A DNA stretch of 32,000 nt from Verrucomicrobiota bacterium (GCA_021294815.2 CP095464.1:90001-122000), one strand, 5' to 3'; counted from the first letter of the stretch, positions 18,297 to 27,353 are shown. Program-made: numbers and translations. Notes: generated by a model not told the origin, from the sequence alone.

Positions 18297-19142
18297 ATGC
18301 CATTTTTTCATAAACCGAAATCGCCGGAGAATGCTAACCATACAAAACGTAACGACATCCCCAAGGATGTATGGATTAAGTGCCCGATTTCGGGCGAAAT
18401 GGTTTATTCTAAGGAGCTGGCAAATAATTGGATGGTCATTCCTAAGAGTGGATACCATTTCCCGCTTTCAGCGCGTGAGCGTATTCGCCTTCTTGCGGAC
18501 GCTGGCTCGTTTAACGAGACCAATGCGCCGCTATTATCGACGCCGTTTCTGGGTTTTAACAGCACCATTTCCTACGCCGACAAGCTTTTGAATGCTCAAA
18601 GTAAAAGTGGACTCAACGATGCAGTTGTTACAGGGACAGCGACAATTCATGGGATCTCACTGGGACTCGCAGTTATGGATTTTAACTTCATGGGCGGCAG
18701 TATGGGATCTGTTGTGGGGGAAAAAATAACACGTGTAATCGAGCTCGCCATTAAGAAAAAAATTCCCGTCGTCATCGTTTCAACTTCGGGAGGTGCCCGT
18801 ATGTTTGAGGGCATTGTTAGCCTCATGCAAATGGCCAAAACCTCTCTCGCCCTTGCCAAGCTCGCGGAAGCCAAGTTACCATTTATTTCCGTGCTGACCA
18901 ATCCAACAATGGCAGGTGTTATGGCGAGTTTCGCGTCCTTAGGGGATGTCATCATTGCTGAACCAGGTGCATTGATTGGATTCGCGGGGCCGCGTGTTAT
19001 CGAGGAGACTACACGGCAAAAACTCCCAAAAGGGTTTCAAACGGCTGAATTTTTACTGAAACACGGCCTTATCGACCAGATCGTGCCACGTCTGGAGATG
19101 AAATCGAGACTTGCCCTTCTCCTGCGTTCCATGTATCGCTAA
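18297..19142 (+). CDS. accD: Acetyl-CoA carboxylase carboxyltransferase beta subunit
   Basis: The 281-aa product is colinear with my recollection of E. coli AccD: FMGGSMGSVVGEK, SGGARM, LMQMAKTS, ISVLTNPTMAGV, ALIGFAGPRVIEET and LPKGFQTAEFL. Confidence 0.92.
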   Translation: MPFFHKPKSPENANHTKRNDIPKDVWIKCPISGEMVYSKELANNWMVIPKSGYHFPLSARERIRLLADAGSFNETNAPLLSTPFLGFNSTISYADKLLNAQSKSGLNDAVVTGTATIHGISLGLAVMDFNFMGGSMGSVVGEKITRVIELAIKKKIPVVIVSTSGGARMFEGIVSLMQMAKTSLALAKLAEAKLPFISVLTNPTMAGVMASFASLGDVIIAEPGALIGFAGPRVIEETTRQKLPKGFQTAEFLLKHGLIDQIVPRLEMKSRLALLLRSMYR

Positions 19143-20223
19143 AATCGTGGAAGCCGGCAATTTTGAAGATATTTTGCATTTCCTTTATCGTCGTCCCAAT
19201 CCACACAGTGGGAAGTGGAGACTCGATCGCGTTATAAGACTTTTCAAGCGGCTCGAAATACGTCAGCCACCCTACAAAATTGTTCATGTTGCGGGGACTA
19301 ACGGTAAGGGATCGACATCGGCAATGCTGGAGTCCATCTACCGCCATGGTGGGTACAAAACAGGGCTCTTCACCTCTCCTCATCTTGTCTCACTACTAGA
19401 ACGCATTCAAATCGATGGACATCTCATATCCAAAGAAGATTTTGTTCAAACATTCCAAACCGTTCATACGATAGCGGAAAACCTAGAACAGGAGAAGCCT
19501 GAAGACGCCATCACATTTTTCGAATACATGACGGCAATCGCTCTACGTTATTTTCTCGAAAAGAAAGTCGATGTTGCTGTTATCGAAGTGGGTCTCGGTG
19601 GACGCCTTGACCCTACCAATGCCCTTAAAAACACGTCTTGTTCGATAATCACAACAATCGCCTTTGACCACGAGAAAACCCTGGGACACACCCTCTCCGC
19701 AATTGCCCGCGAAAAGGCAGGAATCATTAAAACCAACGGGCTTGTCGTAACAGGCCGCAATATTCAAGGCAAAGTACTTGAAACGATCCAAGATGTCGCG
19801 CAAGCGCGGCATGCAGCACTCTACTCCTCTCCCAGTAATCACCTGCTCAATGCAACGACAGCGGACTACCAAAATTACAACGCATCAACGGCACAAACCG
19901 TTGCGGAGTTACTGAATGATAAAGGGATTTTACCCATTCCGAATGCGAAGATTTTGAAAGGTATTCAACAATTTCGTTGGCCCGGACGCTGGCAAAAAAT
20001 CGTTTACCAGGGCAAAACTGTCACCTTCGATGGCGCTCATAATGAAGAAGGTGCCTACGCCGTTGCTCGCGAGATACAAAACCTCCCGAAACCGCCCATT
20101 TTAATTTTTGGGTCCAATACTGTTCAACGTGCACAAAAGATGCTTGCGATATTATCACCAATTTGTAAAAAACCTATTTCACCCAGAGTACATTTTATGT
20201 CCACCAAGCCCTGCGTTCCCTGA
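19111..20223 (+). CDS. folC: Folylpolyglutamate synthase / dihydrofolate synthase, N-terminal about 350 aa up to a frameshift
   Basis: It carries the Mur-ligase-family P-loop VAGTNGKGST and later DPTNAL and FDHEKTLG. It follows accD as in the E. coli accD-folC arrangement. The real start could be the GTG at 19147, just after the accD stop. The frame ends prematurely at 20223. Confidence 0.85.
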   Translation: MPFSCVPCIAKIVEAGNFEDILHFLYRRPNPHSGKWRLDRVIRLFKRLEIRQPPYKIVHVAGTNGKGSTSAMLESIYRHGGYKTGLFTSPHLVSLLERIQIDGHLISKEDFVQTFQTVHTIAENLEQEKPEDAITFFEYMTAIALRYFLEKKVDVAVIEVGLGGRLDPTNALKNTSCSIITTIAFDHEKTLGHTLSAIAREKAGIIKTNGLVVTGRNIQGKVLETIQDVAQARHAALYSSPSNHLLNATTADYQNYNASTAQTVAELLNDKGILPIPNAKILKGIQQFRWPGRWQKIVYQGKTVTFDGAHNEEGAYAVAREIQNLPKPPILIFGSNTVQRAQKMLAILSPICKKPISPRVHFMSTKPCVP

Positions 20224-20393
20224 ATATAACAGAGCTTTACGACTGTTGCCCTTCCGATATAGACCCTCAGTGTCTGAGCAACATTAAGCTTGAAAACGTT
20301 GCACGATTCATACAGACTCGCTCGGAGGAAGCGTTGATCGTGACGGGTTCACTTTACTTGGTCGGCGACCTCATGAAAATTTTAGTACATTAG
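20169..20393 (+). pseudogene. folC: folC C-terminal segment in a different frame (frameshift at the A6 run 20167-20172)
   Basis: The frame with codon starts = 0 mod 3 reads KTYFTQSTFYVHQALRSLNITELYDCCPSDIDPQCLSNIKLENVARFIQTRSEEALIVTGSLYLVGDLMKILVH*. The ending GSLYLVG is typical of FolC C-termini. One additional A in the A6 run would fuse it to the upstream frame, giving a FolC of about 415 aa. Confidence 0.65.
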
Positions 20394-20397
20394 TGTC

Positions 20398-21720
20398 ATG
20401 AGATTTTGGCTTAAGTTAGCTTTATTGGTCGTTGGTATTTTTTTGTTGTTCGCCTATTACCCGAAACGTCCGGTTGCTCCTTGTGTTAAACTTGGAATTG
20501 ATGTTCTCGAGGAGCGCAGTTTCGATATTCTACAGCAAAAAAATATTGGGATTTTAACCAATAATGCGGGTATCGATTCTAAGGGAGTACAAACCTGGAA
20601 GGTCTTAAAAAATGCCCCAGGGGTTAATTTAAAGGCAATATTTGCCCCAGTTCATGGACTTAAAGGCAACTTTATGTCGCTCGAGACCTTTTTCGAAGAT
20701 GAAGTTGATGATATTCCTATTTACTCGGTCTACGCCTCAAACTCACGGCCTAAGGACAAATGGCTACAAGGGCTTGATGCAGTAGTCGTCGATTTGCAAG
20801 GAATTGGCACGCGTTTTTATAATTATTGGGCATTCATGATCTATGTCATGGCGGCATGCTTTGAGAACAATATCGAAGTTATTATCTTAGATCGCCCAAA
20901 TCCCCTAGGAGGTCACTATGTTGGCGGGGCACCTGTGGATCCCGAAAATACCTCGATCTGGGGCCCAATTCCAGGGATGCCACTGTTTCACGGTATGACC
21001 ATCGGCGAGCTCGCACGCTATTGTAAAGAAATTCCTGAAGGAATTACTGCGCATCAACAGATCGTAACTGGAGTCATTCACTCAGGACTTTCAATCTCAG
21101 CAGAAACGCTTCGCAATGGGAAGCTAACAGTTATTCCAATGGAAGGATGGAAGCGCGACATGATCTGGGAAAATACGGGCCTCAAATGGGTTCAAACTTC
21201 TCCTAATATTCCGAATCTTCAGTCGGCTCACGAGTACGTCGTCACAGCACCTATGTTTCTTGTCACTTCAAGCTGTGAGTTCGATTGCTGCAATTTTCTT
21301 AGATCAGAGCCTGATTGGGAAAAGCGCCTTCCCTTTCACAAATTTTCGTCTCGCTACACCGTCCCACAAGAGATTGTCCAGTACGTTAACGAACTAACCA
21401 AGGATCGTTTCTCCTCAGGGTTTTCACTCAAAGTTGACCGAAAAAACCCCAACCTCGTTGAAATAAAAGTGACGAATATCCGTAAAACGATTCCAGGGTT
21501 TTTAGGATTCGCCATGGTCGCATTCGCGCAACGCCATACTAAATTCTACTTCTACAATGAGGATACCCTGCGTGTCTTTGGCGCACACATTGGTGACAAT
21601 GAACTATTACAAAAGCTAGTACAGATGGAACGGATCCAAATTCAATATTTTGAGGAAAAGTGGAAAAAATCGACCGCTGCTTTTGTCGAAAAAACTAAAC
21701 CCTTCTACCTCTATGAATAG
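20398..21720 (+). CDS. DUF1343 family protein (NamZ-like exo-beta-N-acetylmuramidase family), membrane-anchored or secreted
   Basis: The 440-aa product has an N-terminal hydrophobic segment (MRFWLKLALLVVGIFLLFAYY). DUF1343-type motifs are present: GILTNNAGIDSKG, VVDLQGIGTRFYNY, ILDRPNPLGG and PGMPLFHGMTIGELA. Confidence 0.8.
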   Translation: MRFWLKLALLVVGIFLLFAYYPKRPVAPCVKLGIDVLEERSFDILQQKNIGILTNNAGIDSKGVQTWKVLKNAPGVNLKAIFAPVHGLKGNFMSLETFFEDEVDDIPIYSVYASNSRPKDKWLQGLDAVVVDLQGIGTRFYNYWAFMIYVMAACFENNIEVIILDRPNPLGGHYVGGAPVDPENTSIWGPIPGMPLFHGMTIGELARYCKEIPEGITAHQQIVTGVIHSGLSISAETLRNGKLTVIPMEGWKRDMIWENTGLKWVQTSPNIPNLQSAHEYVVTAPMFLVTSSCEFDCCNFLRSEPDWEKRLPFHKFSSRYTVPQEIVQYVNELTKDRFSSGFSLKVDRKNPNLVEIKVTNIRKTIPGFLGFAMVAFAQRHTKFYFYNEDTLRVFGAHIGDNELLQKLVQMERIQIQYFEEKWKKSTAAFVEKTKPFYLYE

Positions 21721-23305
21721 TAATAGTCCAGTTCTAACAAAACTTGCCCTCTGTTCCCTGATCTCGATTACTATATACTCTCAGGGTTCGATAGCTTCAA
21801 CAGCAAAGTTCACAGCAAAGGCGACGCTATCTCAAGTGAGAACGACAGCAGTTTCTCCCAATATCAATAAGACAGCCGTAATCGCCGCTAGAAAGAAAAC
21901 GCTCTTCGGGATTGATGTTTTAGAGGAAGAAAAATTTTCTCGGATTCGCCGTAAAAACGTCGGTTTACTGACCAATACCTCCGGTATCGATCATCAGGGA
22001 AATTCGACGGCAATTGTTTTTGCAGAGAGCAAGGAGTTTATCCTCAAGGCGGTATTCTTTCCCGAGCACGATGGTATGCTTGCTCCTCAGACGCTTGCCC
22101 ATCTCAGGGATAAAAAGATCCCAACCTATTGTACCCACAGTGATCAAACTGGTCGAAGAACTCCCGAAGAGGCATGGCTCAGGGGGCTCGACGTCATGGT
22201 AATTGATCTACAGGGCTTTGGCATGCGTTACTACACCTACTACGCATCCGCGCTCTACGTTATGTGTGCATGTTTCAATAATCGCATTCCCGTTCTTGTT
22301 CTCGATCGCCCTAATCCACTTGGGAATTACCTAGGCGGTCCTAGTATAGCAGATGCTTATGTCAGCTTTCTTGGGCCGATTTCAGGGATGCCGCTCTTTT
22401 ATCCCTCAACCCTCGGAGAATTTTTGAATTTTATCCACAAGCGCGGTCAGACAATTAACATTCCCTGCAAAACCTGTGCAAAGCCAAACTGCCTCCACAC
22501 GGTACACTGTGATGCCTCAACACTTAAAAAGGGCGATCTCAAAATCGTAGAGTGCAAAAATTACCATCGGAGCGATACGCTTTTAGATCTGGACCGCTAT
22601 CAAAAAGATTCGTCGCTGTCGCTCTCACCAAGTATCCCCAATGTTGCATCAATTTTCGAATATGCGATCACCTCGCTTTCAACTCTCGTAAATCAGGATA
22701 CTCTGGGCTGCCTTTACTTCCTCACCAATCCACAGGATCCAAAGCAGTCTTTCAAGTATGTCTATTCGCCATACCGCGATGCCAACAGTCTGTTAAGCGC
22801 GATCAAACGCTACCCAGATGCGCTCAAGGGGTGCCAGCTTGATGTTGTTACAATCAATGACCATGGGAAATCGAAAAATTGCATACATGTTGAGGTTACG
22901 GATTTCAAATCGACCGTTCCAGCCCTTCTGAGTCTTGTGCTCTTATCCGAAATACAAGAAATCGTCCCCGATCGCGATTGGAATGATTTCCTCAAAAGAC
23001 AGGAATTACGTACACCGAAGAACATCGATGTTATCGCGGCAGCGAAAGCTCACAACCTCAAGAAACTTCCGCTAATGTATCAAAAGGAGTTACGCAAAGC
23101 CAAATGGGATCGGCTCTCTGACGATCCTAAGGTACAGCAGCAAAAAAAGGCGCTCTTTTGCAAGCACGCTGGTGACATGGAATTTGTCGCGAAATTTTTC
23201 AATGGCGAATCCATTGATGTCGACTATTTTCGTAAAAAGTGGGCAAGGGAGAGTGAAGCGTTCTTGAAAGAACTCCAAAAGTACGAGATCAAAGCCTATC
23301 ACTAG
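21713..23305 (+). CDS. DUF1343 family protein, tandem paralog (530 aa from the ATG at 21713)
   Basis: The track ORF starts at 21650, inside the upstream gene. The ATG at 21713 overlaps the upstream stop and gives MNSNSPVLTKLALCSLISITIYSQGSIAS, which looks like a signal peptide. Motifs present are GLLTNTSGIDHQG, VIDLQGFGMRYYTY, VLDRPNPLGN and SGMPLFYPSTLGEF. Confidence 0.8.
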   Translation: MNSNSPVLTKLALCSLISITIYSQGSIASTAKFTAKATLSQVRTTAVSPNINKTAVIAARKKTLFGIDVLEEEKFSRIRRKNVGLLTNTSGIDHQGNSTAIVFAESKEFILKAVFFPEHDGMLAPQTLAHLRDKKIPTYCTHSDQTGRRTPEEAWLRGLDVMVIDLQGFGMRYYTYYASALYVMCACFNNRIPVLVLDRPNPLGNYLGGPSIADAYVSFLGPISGMPLFYPSTLGEFLNFIHKRGQTINIPCKTCAKPNCLHTVHCDASTLKKGDLKIVECKNYHRSDTLLDLDRYQKDSSLSLSPSIPNVASIFEYAITSLSTLVNQDTLGCLYFLTNPQDPKQSFKYVYSPYRDANSLLSAIKRYPDALKGCQLDVVTINDHGKSKNCIHVEVTDFKSTVPALLSLVLLSEIQEIVPDRDWNDFLKRQELRTPKNIDVIAAAKAHNLKKLPLMYQKELRKAKWDRLSDDPKVQQQKKALFCKHAGDMEFVAKFFNGESIDVDYFRKKWARESEAFLKELQKYEIKAYH

Positions 23306-23366
23306 CGCAGAGTTCCGCAAAAAAAGCTTGTCAATACGCAGTGGAAGTGAATAGTGCGGCTTCGTT

Positions 23367-23442
<76 letters not shown>

Positions 23443-23530
23443 GAAAGTGGGAGCGGGAGTCGATTTTTGTAGTGGTCCTGTTCCTTTTGAATTCCCGCAT
23501 ATTGCGCTTTCGTGGATGAATTTTTAAAAA

Positions 23531-24049
23531 TTATTTATCAATTTTATATTTCTTTTCAAGATCAAGCAGGTGCTGTTTGATTTCTAGGCCGCTGGCATAG
23601 CCTACAAGCTTACCAGAGGCACCAATGACACGATGGCAGGGAATAATAATGGGTATCGGATTACGATGGGCCACCATACCAACGGCACGCGCTCCTCCAA
23701 TGCAACCGACTTTTCGGGCAATTTCACCGTAGCTTTGCGTTGAGCCATAGGGAATGCCCTCCAATGCCTTCCAAACTCTTTGCTGAAATTTGGTTCCTTC
23801 CATTAACAAGGGCAAATCAAAATCTTTTAACTTCCCTTTGAAATAGGCATTGAGTTGACGTGCCACTTCCTGTAAAAGTTCTGTTTCACTGATTTGATAA
23901 GAAGATAAGTTGCTTGGCGACAAGATATTTGGAAAAACAATCGCTTTCAGCTGTTGATTTCTTTCGATTAACCCCAGTTCTCCAAACGGACTTGCATGAA
24001 AAGTTAAGAAATCACGCGCCATATTTGCAATGACAGACAAAATCGGCAA
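23531..24049 (-). CDS. ogt: Methylated-DNA--protein-cysteine methyltransferase
   Basis: The 172-aa product has the active-site motif IIIPCHRVIG and, upstream of it, YGEIARKVG..GARAVG, which is typical of the Ogt/Ada C-terminal domain. Confidence 0.9.
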   Translation of the reverse strand: MPILSVIANMARDFLTFHASPFGELGLIERNQQLKAIVFPNILSPSNLSSYQISETELLQEVARQLNAYFKGKLKDFDLPLLMEGTKFQQRVWKALEGIPYGSTQSYGEIARKVGCIGGARAVGMVAHRNPIPIIIPCHRVIGASGKLVGYASGLEIKQHLLDLEKKYKIDK

Positions 24050-24085
24050 TTTCTCAATTGATTTTTTACGTCAAACCTTTTTGCA

Positions 24086-25123
24086 TTGAAAATGATGGAT
24101 CCTCAAAAAATCGGAATTGCTCTCGTCGAGTGGTTTCGTGTGCATCATCGAACTATGCCGTGGCGAACGAATAGCACAATCTATCACCGTCTCGTGTCGG
24201 AGTTCATGCTGCAACAAACGCAAGTCGCGACGGTGATCCCCTACTTCAACCGATGGATCGAGAAATTTCCGACGCTCGAAGCGTTGGCGATGGCCCCAGA
24301 GAACGATGTTGTAAAAGCATGGGAAGGTCTTGGTTATTATGCTCGTGCCCGGAATTTACACAAAACAGCTCAAAATTTAGTCTCCCAGGATCGGAGTTTT
24401 TTAGGATCGTGGCCTCAAACGGTTTCAGAATGGGAAAAGCTACCAGGCGTTGGCCACTACACCGCCCGCGCCATTGCTTCGATTGCGCAAAATCAACCAA
24501 TCGCCGTTATTGACGGCAATGTGATCCGTGTTCTCTGCCGTCTCAACGCCATTACGCAAACTTTTAACAGCAAGGATCAAGCACTACGATGTTTAGATCC
24601 ATTGACCCAACGCTATTTGCCGTCCAATCAAAGCAGCACCTACAATGAGGCCATCATGGAACTCGGCGCTCTCATCTGTAAACCGGGCACACCGCTCTGT
24701 GGCGAATGTCCAATCGTAAATGTGTGCCTCGGATACCAAAACAACCTGGACTTACCCCATATCCCAAAATTCAAGAAATTAACTTATATTAAAAAACAGG
24801 TCGAGCGTATTATTTTGATTCAAAACGATGCGATCTTGCTGCACCGGGCTTCTTCAAAACGGCTACACAAAATCTACGAGCTCCCGGTACGTGACATCTT
24901 TCCAGTCGAATCTCTGAAAAAGATTTCCTTTAAACAGATTGGCCAGATCCGACGCTCCATCGCTAAGGAACACATCACGGAAATTATTTTTGAAGCACGT
25001 GATATCACCGATAACTACCTTCCAGAAAATACCACGTATATTCCACTAAACCAGATTCACGCCGTTACACTCTCCGGACCACATCGCAAGTGGCTGAACA
25101 ACTACCTCAAAAGGAACCTTTAA
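24086..25123 (+). CDS. mutY: A/G-specific adenine DNA glycosylase
   Basis: The 345-aa product has LPWR-type and HhH-GPD motifs (MPWRTNSTIYHRLVSEFMLQQTQV, GLGYYARARNL, LPGVGHYTARAI). It also has the 4Fe-4S cysteine pattern C-x6-C-x2-C-x5-C (CKPGTPLCGECPIVNVC). The start may be the ATG at 24092 rather than the TTG at 24086. Confidence 0.9.
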   Translation: MKMMDPQKIGIALVEWFRVHHRTMPWRTNSTIYHRLVSEFMLQQTQVATVIPYFNRWIEKFPTLEALAMAPENDVVKAWEGLGYYARARNLHKTAQNLVSQDRSFLGSWPQTVSEWEKLPGVGHYTARAIASIAQNQPIAVIDGNVIRVLCRLNAITQTFNSKDQALRCLDPLTQRYLPSNQSSTYNEAIMELGALICKPGTPLCGECPIVNVCLGYQNNLDLPHIPKFKKLTYIKKQVERIILIQNDAILLHRASSKRLHKIYELPVRDIFPVESLKKISFKQIGQIRRSIAKEHITEIIFEARDITDNYLPENTTYIPLNQIHAVTLSGPHRKWLNNYLKRNL

Positions 25124-25138
25124 CAAAAACGCCACCCC

Positions 25139-25213
25139 TGGCACCCCCACGGGGAATCGAACCCCGGTTTTCAGAATGAGAATCTGACGTCCTAGCCGCT
25201 AGACGATAAGGGC
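25139..25213 (-). tRNA. tRNA-Glu (anticodon CUC), CCA encoded
   Basis: The reverse complement is GCCCTTATCGTCTAGCGGCTAGGACGTCAGATTCTCATTCTGAAAACCGGGGTTCGATTCCCCGTGGGGGTGCCA. The anticodon stem is tcaga/tctga with loop ttCTCat, and the T arm is cgggg-ttcgatt-ccccg. The acceptor stem needs three G-U pairs. Confidence 0.75.
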
Positions 25214-25313
25214 GTTGGTGACAGTCTTGAAGCGTCGCCTGGTTTGTCAATGACGAATTAAAACCACTGCACAGCAAACCACATCAGCCGAAATGGATAC
25301 AAAACGTCACACC

Positions 25314-25391
25314 TGGCGTCCCGTATGGGATTCGAACCCATGTTGCAGGAATGAAAATCCTGTGTCCTGGACCAGGCTAGACGAACGGGAC
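25314..25391 (-). tRNA. tRNA-Glu (anticodon UUC), CCA encoded
   Basis: The reverse complement is GTCCCGTTCGTCTAGCCTGGTCCAGGACACAGGATTTTCATTCCTGCAACATGGGTTCGAATCCCATACGGGACGCCA. The acceptor is gtcccgt/acgggac, fully paired. The anticodon stem is cagga/tcctg with loop ttTTCat. Confidence 0.92.
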
Positions 25392-25504
25392 TCAAACACG
25401 TCAGAGCGTACAACTGACCGTGCTTCTCAACGGTGCTTTGGCAAGATTTTTTTCACAATAAATTGGCTTGTCGACAATAACCGACTCCCTACCCTTCGCG
25501 AATT

Positions 25505-26134
25505 ATGCGGGGTGAAATCATTTCCTTCGAGGGCATTGAGGGCACCGGTAAATCGACACAGATCCAGTATCTGCAGCAGTTTTTGGCTGACCAGAACATC
25601 GAGGCGCAGGCCGTACGCGAACCCGGCAATACCTATATTGGCGAACGCATCCGTGCACTTCTGCAAAATGATGCCGCCGCCGATAATATGTGTCCCGAAA
25701 CCGAGCTTTTGCTCTACGAAGCGAGCCGCGCACAGCTCATCCGGGAATTTGTCGCCCCACGGATTGAGCAAGGTCAATGGGTTATTTTTGATCGGTTTTT
25801 CGACTCTTCCGTTGCCTACCAAGGCGCAGCACGCGGCCTTTCGACGGAAATCGTCCAAATGCTTAACGATTTCGCCGTTCAAAATTACCGCCCGCGACTG
25901 ACTTTTTTACTCGATATCGACATCGATACGGCATTTCAACGCCTACAACAGCGCCAAACTGCCAAAGATCGCATCGAACAGGAATCTTCGGATTTTTTTG
26001 AAAAAGCCCGCCAAAAATATCTTGAGATGGCTACAGCAGAACCCAAACGTTTCGTCATTCTGGATGGCAAACTTTCTTCAGAAGATCTGGCCGCAATAAT
26101 TCGTGAACACGTCCAGAAAATCTTTCATTTCTAA
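25505..26134 (+). CDS. tmk: Thymidylate kinase
   Basis: The 209-aa product has the P-loop FEGIEGTGKSTQ, followed by REPG and DRF..SS.AYQG, typical of Tmk. It lies immediately upstream of holB. Confidence 0.92.
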   Translation: MRGEIISFEGIEGTGKSTQIQYLQQFLADQNIEAQAVREPGNTYIGERIRALLQNDAAADNMCPETELLLYEASRAQLIREFVAPRIEQGQWVIFDRFFDSSVAYQGAARGLSTEIVQMLNDFAVQNYRPRLTFLLDIDIDTAFQRLQQRQTAKDRIEQESSDFFEKARQKYLEMATAEPKRFVILDGKLSSEDLAAIIREHVQKIFHF

Positions 26135-26138
26135 AAAA

Positions 26139-26927
26139 ATGGATCCGCAGCTTTGTCGAAAAATTCCTCATGCGATTATCGTCGAGTCTGAAAATTTTAT
26201 CCAGGCACAACAATACGTTCAACAGTATGCCCAAACGCTTCTAGAGACGGACTATCTCGAAACTTGCCCCGATTACCATGTCCTTTCGCCAGAAGGCAAA
26301 GCGCATAAAATCAAAATTGAGGCCATTCGCGCCCTCATTGAAGAGGTACAAAAATCTCCGCAAGGCTCGATCGGAAAGGTTTTTGTTATTAACCAGGCCG
26401 AAGCGTTAAATAAAAATGCCGCCGACGCATTGCTTAAAACACTCGAAGAACCTCCACCTGATACACACTTTTTCCTAATTACAGACGCCAAAAATCGCCT
26501 TCTCCCGACCGTTATTAGCCGTTGTGTGCTCCATCACTTGCCCAAAGCCCCCGTTATCTGGCCATCTGATATCGAGGCTTGGATTCAAGATTGTCAGCAT
26601 TTTTTAGAACAAATTTTTTTGAAAAACAACGCGCCCAACGTATTTGAAATTTACCGTTTGCTTCACTCTCTCATGGCGGCATTCAAAAATCTCGACACGG
26701 AAGGCGATACAGAGTCTGTCTCAGTCCTGCAGGAGCGTCTCTTACGTGAGATAGGACGCAATATTGGCAATGCGCTCCTCGGACATTTTCCAGCAATAAG
26801 AGTTCAATCGCTGATCGATACTCTGCAGAAGGCGCAAACCCTACTCGGTCTTAACGCTACGTTTGCCCAGGCCATGGAGTTTATTTTGCTTGAGTTTGCC
26901 TCTTTTTCACAAAGTCCTGTCGCGTAG
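26139..26927 (+). CDS. holB: DNA polymerase III delta-prime subunit
   Basis: It carries the clamp-loader motif NKNAADALLKTLEEPP and then SRC, and it follows tmk. I chose the ATG at 26139 (MDPQLCRK), just after the tmk stop, rather than the overlapping TTG at 26103 given in the track. Confidence 0.8.
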   Translation: MDPQLCRKIPHAIIVESENFIQAQQYVQQYAQTLLETDYLETCPDYHVLSPEGKAHKIKIEAIRALIEEVQKSPQGSIGKVFVINQAEALNKNAADALLKTLEEPPPDTHFFLITDAKNRLLPTVISRCVLHHLPKAPVIWPSDIEAWIQDCQHFLEQIFLKNNAPNVFEIYRLLHSLMAAFKNLDTEGDTESVSVLQERLLREIGRNIGNALLGHFPAIRVQSLIDTLQKAQTLLGLNATFAQAMEFILLEFASFSQSPVA

Positions 26928-27263
26928 AATGAGCAAACTATGCATGGGCGGATGAGATAACAGTCGTGATGCAATTTGAATCTCTGCTTCCGTACAGCGA
27001 TAGAGAACTTTAATCTCGGCATCCCTTTTCATATCGTCAAAAGTACAGATAATGCCCTGTATCGACTCCTCCGACTTCGTTCCTAGAAACACGTCAATGC
27101 CCTCACCATCCGCGCTATATGTTCCCGGGATATACCCATAATTAATGGGGTATATACGATCTGGGAACCGGGGATGTGCTGTTCCTTTAGGCCGGTCGAT
27201 GGTAACGCCATTTTGGCGAATCAATTGTTCTAACGTCTGCCAATAATCACTCGTATCATTCAT
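26907..27263 (-). CDS. Small inorganic-pyrophosphatase-fold protein (118 aa)
   Basis: The motif IDRPKGTAHPRFPDRIYPINYGYIPGTYSADGEGIDVFL resembles the PPase core YP.NYG[YF]I..T...DGDP.DV. The protein is much shorter than a canonical family I PPase. Its 3' end overlaps holB convergently by 21 nt. Confidence 0.6.
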   Translation of the reverse strand: MNDTSDYWQTLEQLIRQNGVTIDRPKGTAHPRFPDRIYPINYGYIPGTYSADGEGIDVFLGTKSEESIQGIICTFDDMKRDAEIKVLYRCTEAEIQIASRLLSHPPMHSLLILRDRTL

Positions 27264-27353
27264 TTTTTAAAAGGGAAAACCGATATTCAAAAATTATTTC
27301 TCAAACCCTTCTGCATACTGCGCCAATCGCAGAAAAACACAACACACCTCTAG

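Noticed and set aside
21650-21712. The upstream start (21650) for the second DUF1343 gene as given in the track
   Set aside because: It would overlap the first gene by 71 nt and add a basic non-signal leader. The ATG at 21713 gives a clean signal peptide and a 4-codon overlap with the upstream stop.
25293-25901. Track ORFs 25293-25901 (+, 202 aa), 25427-25882 (-, 151 aa) and 25518-25733 (-)
   Set aside because: They overlap tRNA-Glu(UUC) and the well-supported tmk frame, and their translations have no recognisable features.
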